Positions 63,085 to 64,000 of a DNA stretch of 64,000 nucleotides are shown piece by piece (the first letter of the stretch is position 1; each line of letters begins with the position of its first letter). Source of the stretch: Rhynchobatus australiae (lineage: Eukaryota); NCBI GenBank assembly GCA_034780895.1, contig JAUZTB010000048.1, forward strand, positions 38,383,016-38,447,015. The letters run 5' to 3'. The notes beneath the pieces are model-generated. The model saw only the letters and a program-made list of their open reading frames with translations, was not told the origin of the DNA and did no database searches. The position numbers were made by a program, and so were the translations under genes.

Positions 63085-63905
63085 AATAAAAACACAATGT
63101 TGGAAACACTCAGCAGGTCAGACAGCATCTGTAGAAGGAGAAACCAAGTTAACACTTCAGATCTGAGGCTCTCTGTCAGAAGTGGGAAGAGAATAAACAA
63201 ATTAGTTTTGCATTGCAGAGAGGGTGCAGGGTGGATGGATAGGACATGGGGAATGTCTCTAATAGAGTGAGATCAAATGTGCTAGTGTGGCAGTCAGAGG
63301 CTGATTTTACTTTGTGTCGTGTGTTGCTAAGAATAAGTCTGTGAGATATGTCCAGCAGGTCAGGCTGTTTTAATGGATACAGAAAAACTGAGCCAAAATC
63401 ACAGATAGATGACTGGGTAGTTCATGTTAGTAACACGGCATGTTAGCTAAAGGAGAATTCAATATAGAGCCAGAAAGGTGGTTGCAAACCCAGAGAGGCA
63501 TGTTATTCCTCAAGCTTGCACTGGAACTACCTATAGCAATGCTGGAGGCCACAAACATGGGAGTGGGTTGGAGAATTAACGTGAGAGGCAACAAGCTCAG
63601 TCACTCCTGTGGACTAAATGCAGGTGCTCCACAAAGCAATCACCAAAATCTAAGTTTGGTTTCTCCAATGATAATAATGCAGCACACTTGGTTGGAAGAA
63701 GTATGAGCGAATTGCTACTTCACCTGCAAAGAGTATTTGGGTCCCTGGATGATGGGAAGGGGAGAGATGAAAGGAGAGGTGTTGCATGGGCAAGTGTCAC
63801 AAACCAGAGGGGTTGGTGAGGATGGAAGAGCAGATCAGAGAGCTGCAAAGGGAGAGATCCCTTTGAAATGCCGGGGAATGTGTGTCTGCTGGTGGAAATT
63901 GTGAA
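63085..63905 (-). mobile_element. Older Penelope-like element with GIY-YIG remnant
   Basis: Minus strand reads IGETKLRF/GDCFVEHLHLVH (IGETK at 63655-63669), equivalent to YIGETKRRLGDRF.EHL; terminal repeat sequence at 63090-63185. Confidence 0.75.
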
Positions 63906-64000
63906 GGATATTACATCCATAGTGAAAATGAACTGGTTGGGACCAAGAAATTGGAGTCTGTAGAATTTGTGGAGGGCATGCAAAGTGTCATGGATGTCAG

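Overview
Vertebrate genomic DNA. The repeat content suggests a cartilaginous fish, most likely a ray-like batoid (inference). The draft assembly has several N gaps. Two spliced + strand genes were reconstructed by hand from GT-AG boundaries and reading phase. The first is the last eight coding exons of CSNK2A1 (CK2 alpha, 22..15598), followed by a long, repeat-poor putative 3' UTR to about 21.2 kb. The second is a complete eight-exon TBC1D20 (Rab1/Rab2 GAP, 33046..59454, 394 aa) with a CpG-island promoter. Introns and the intergenic region are full of decayed retroelements: CR1-type, Rex1/Babar-like, Tx1/L1-like, Penelope-like, V-SINE, Deu-SINE and LF-SINE-like. Most ORF-track entries are spurious or transposon debris. 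The best leads are: (1) a frame-preserving 54-nt candidate cassette exon in TBC1D20 intron 7 with a branch point, a long pyrimidine tract and downstream RBFOX motifs; (2) Penelope-like elements carrying minimal hammerhead-ribozyme folds, three of which share a non-canonical CAGAUGA core; (3) a candidate alternative last exon giving a TBC1D20 isoform without its transmembrane anchor; (4) a uORF overlapping the TBC1D20 start codon. All family and orthologue assignments come from recalled sequence knowledge, not from database searches, and repeat boundaries are approximate.
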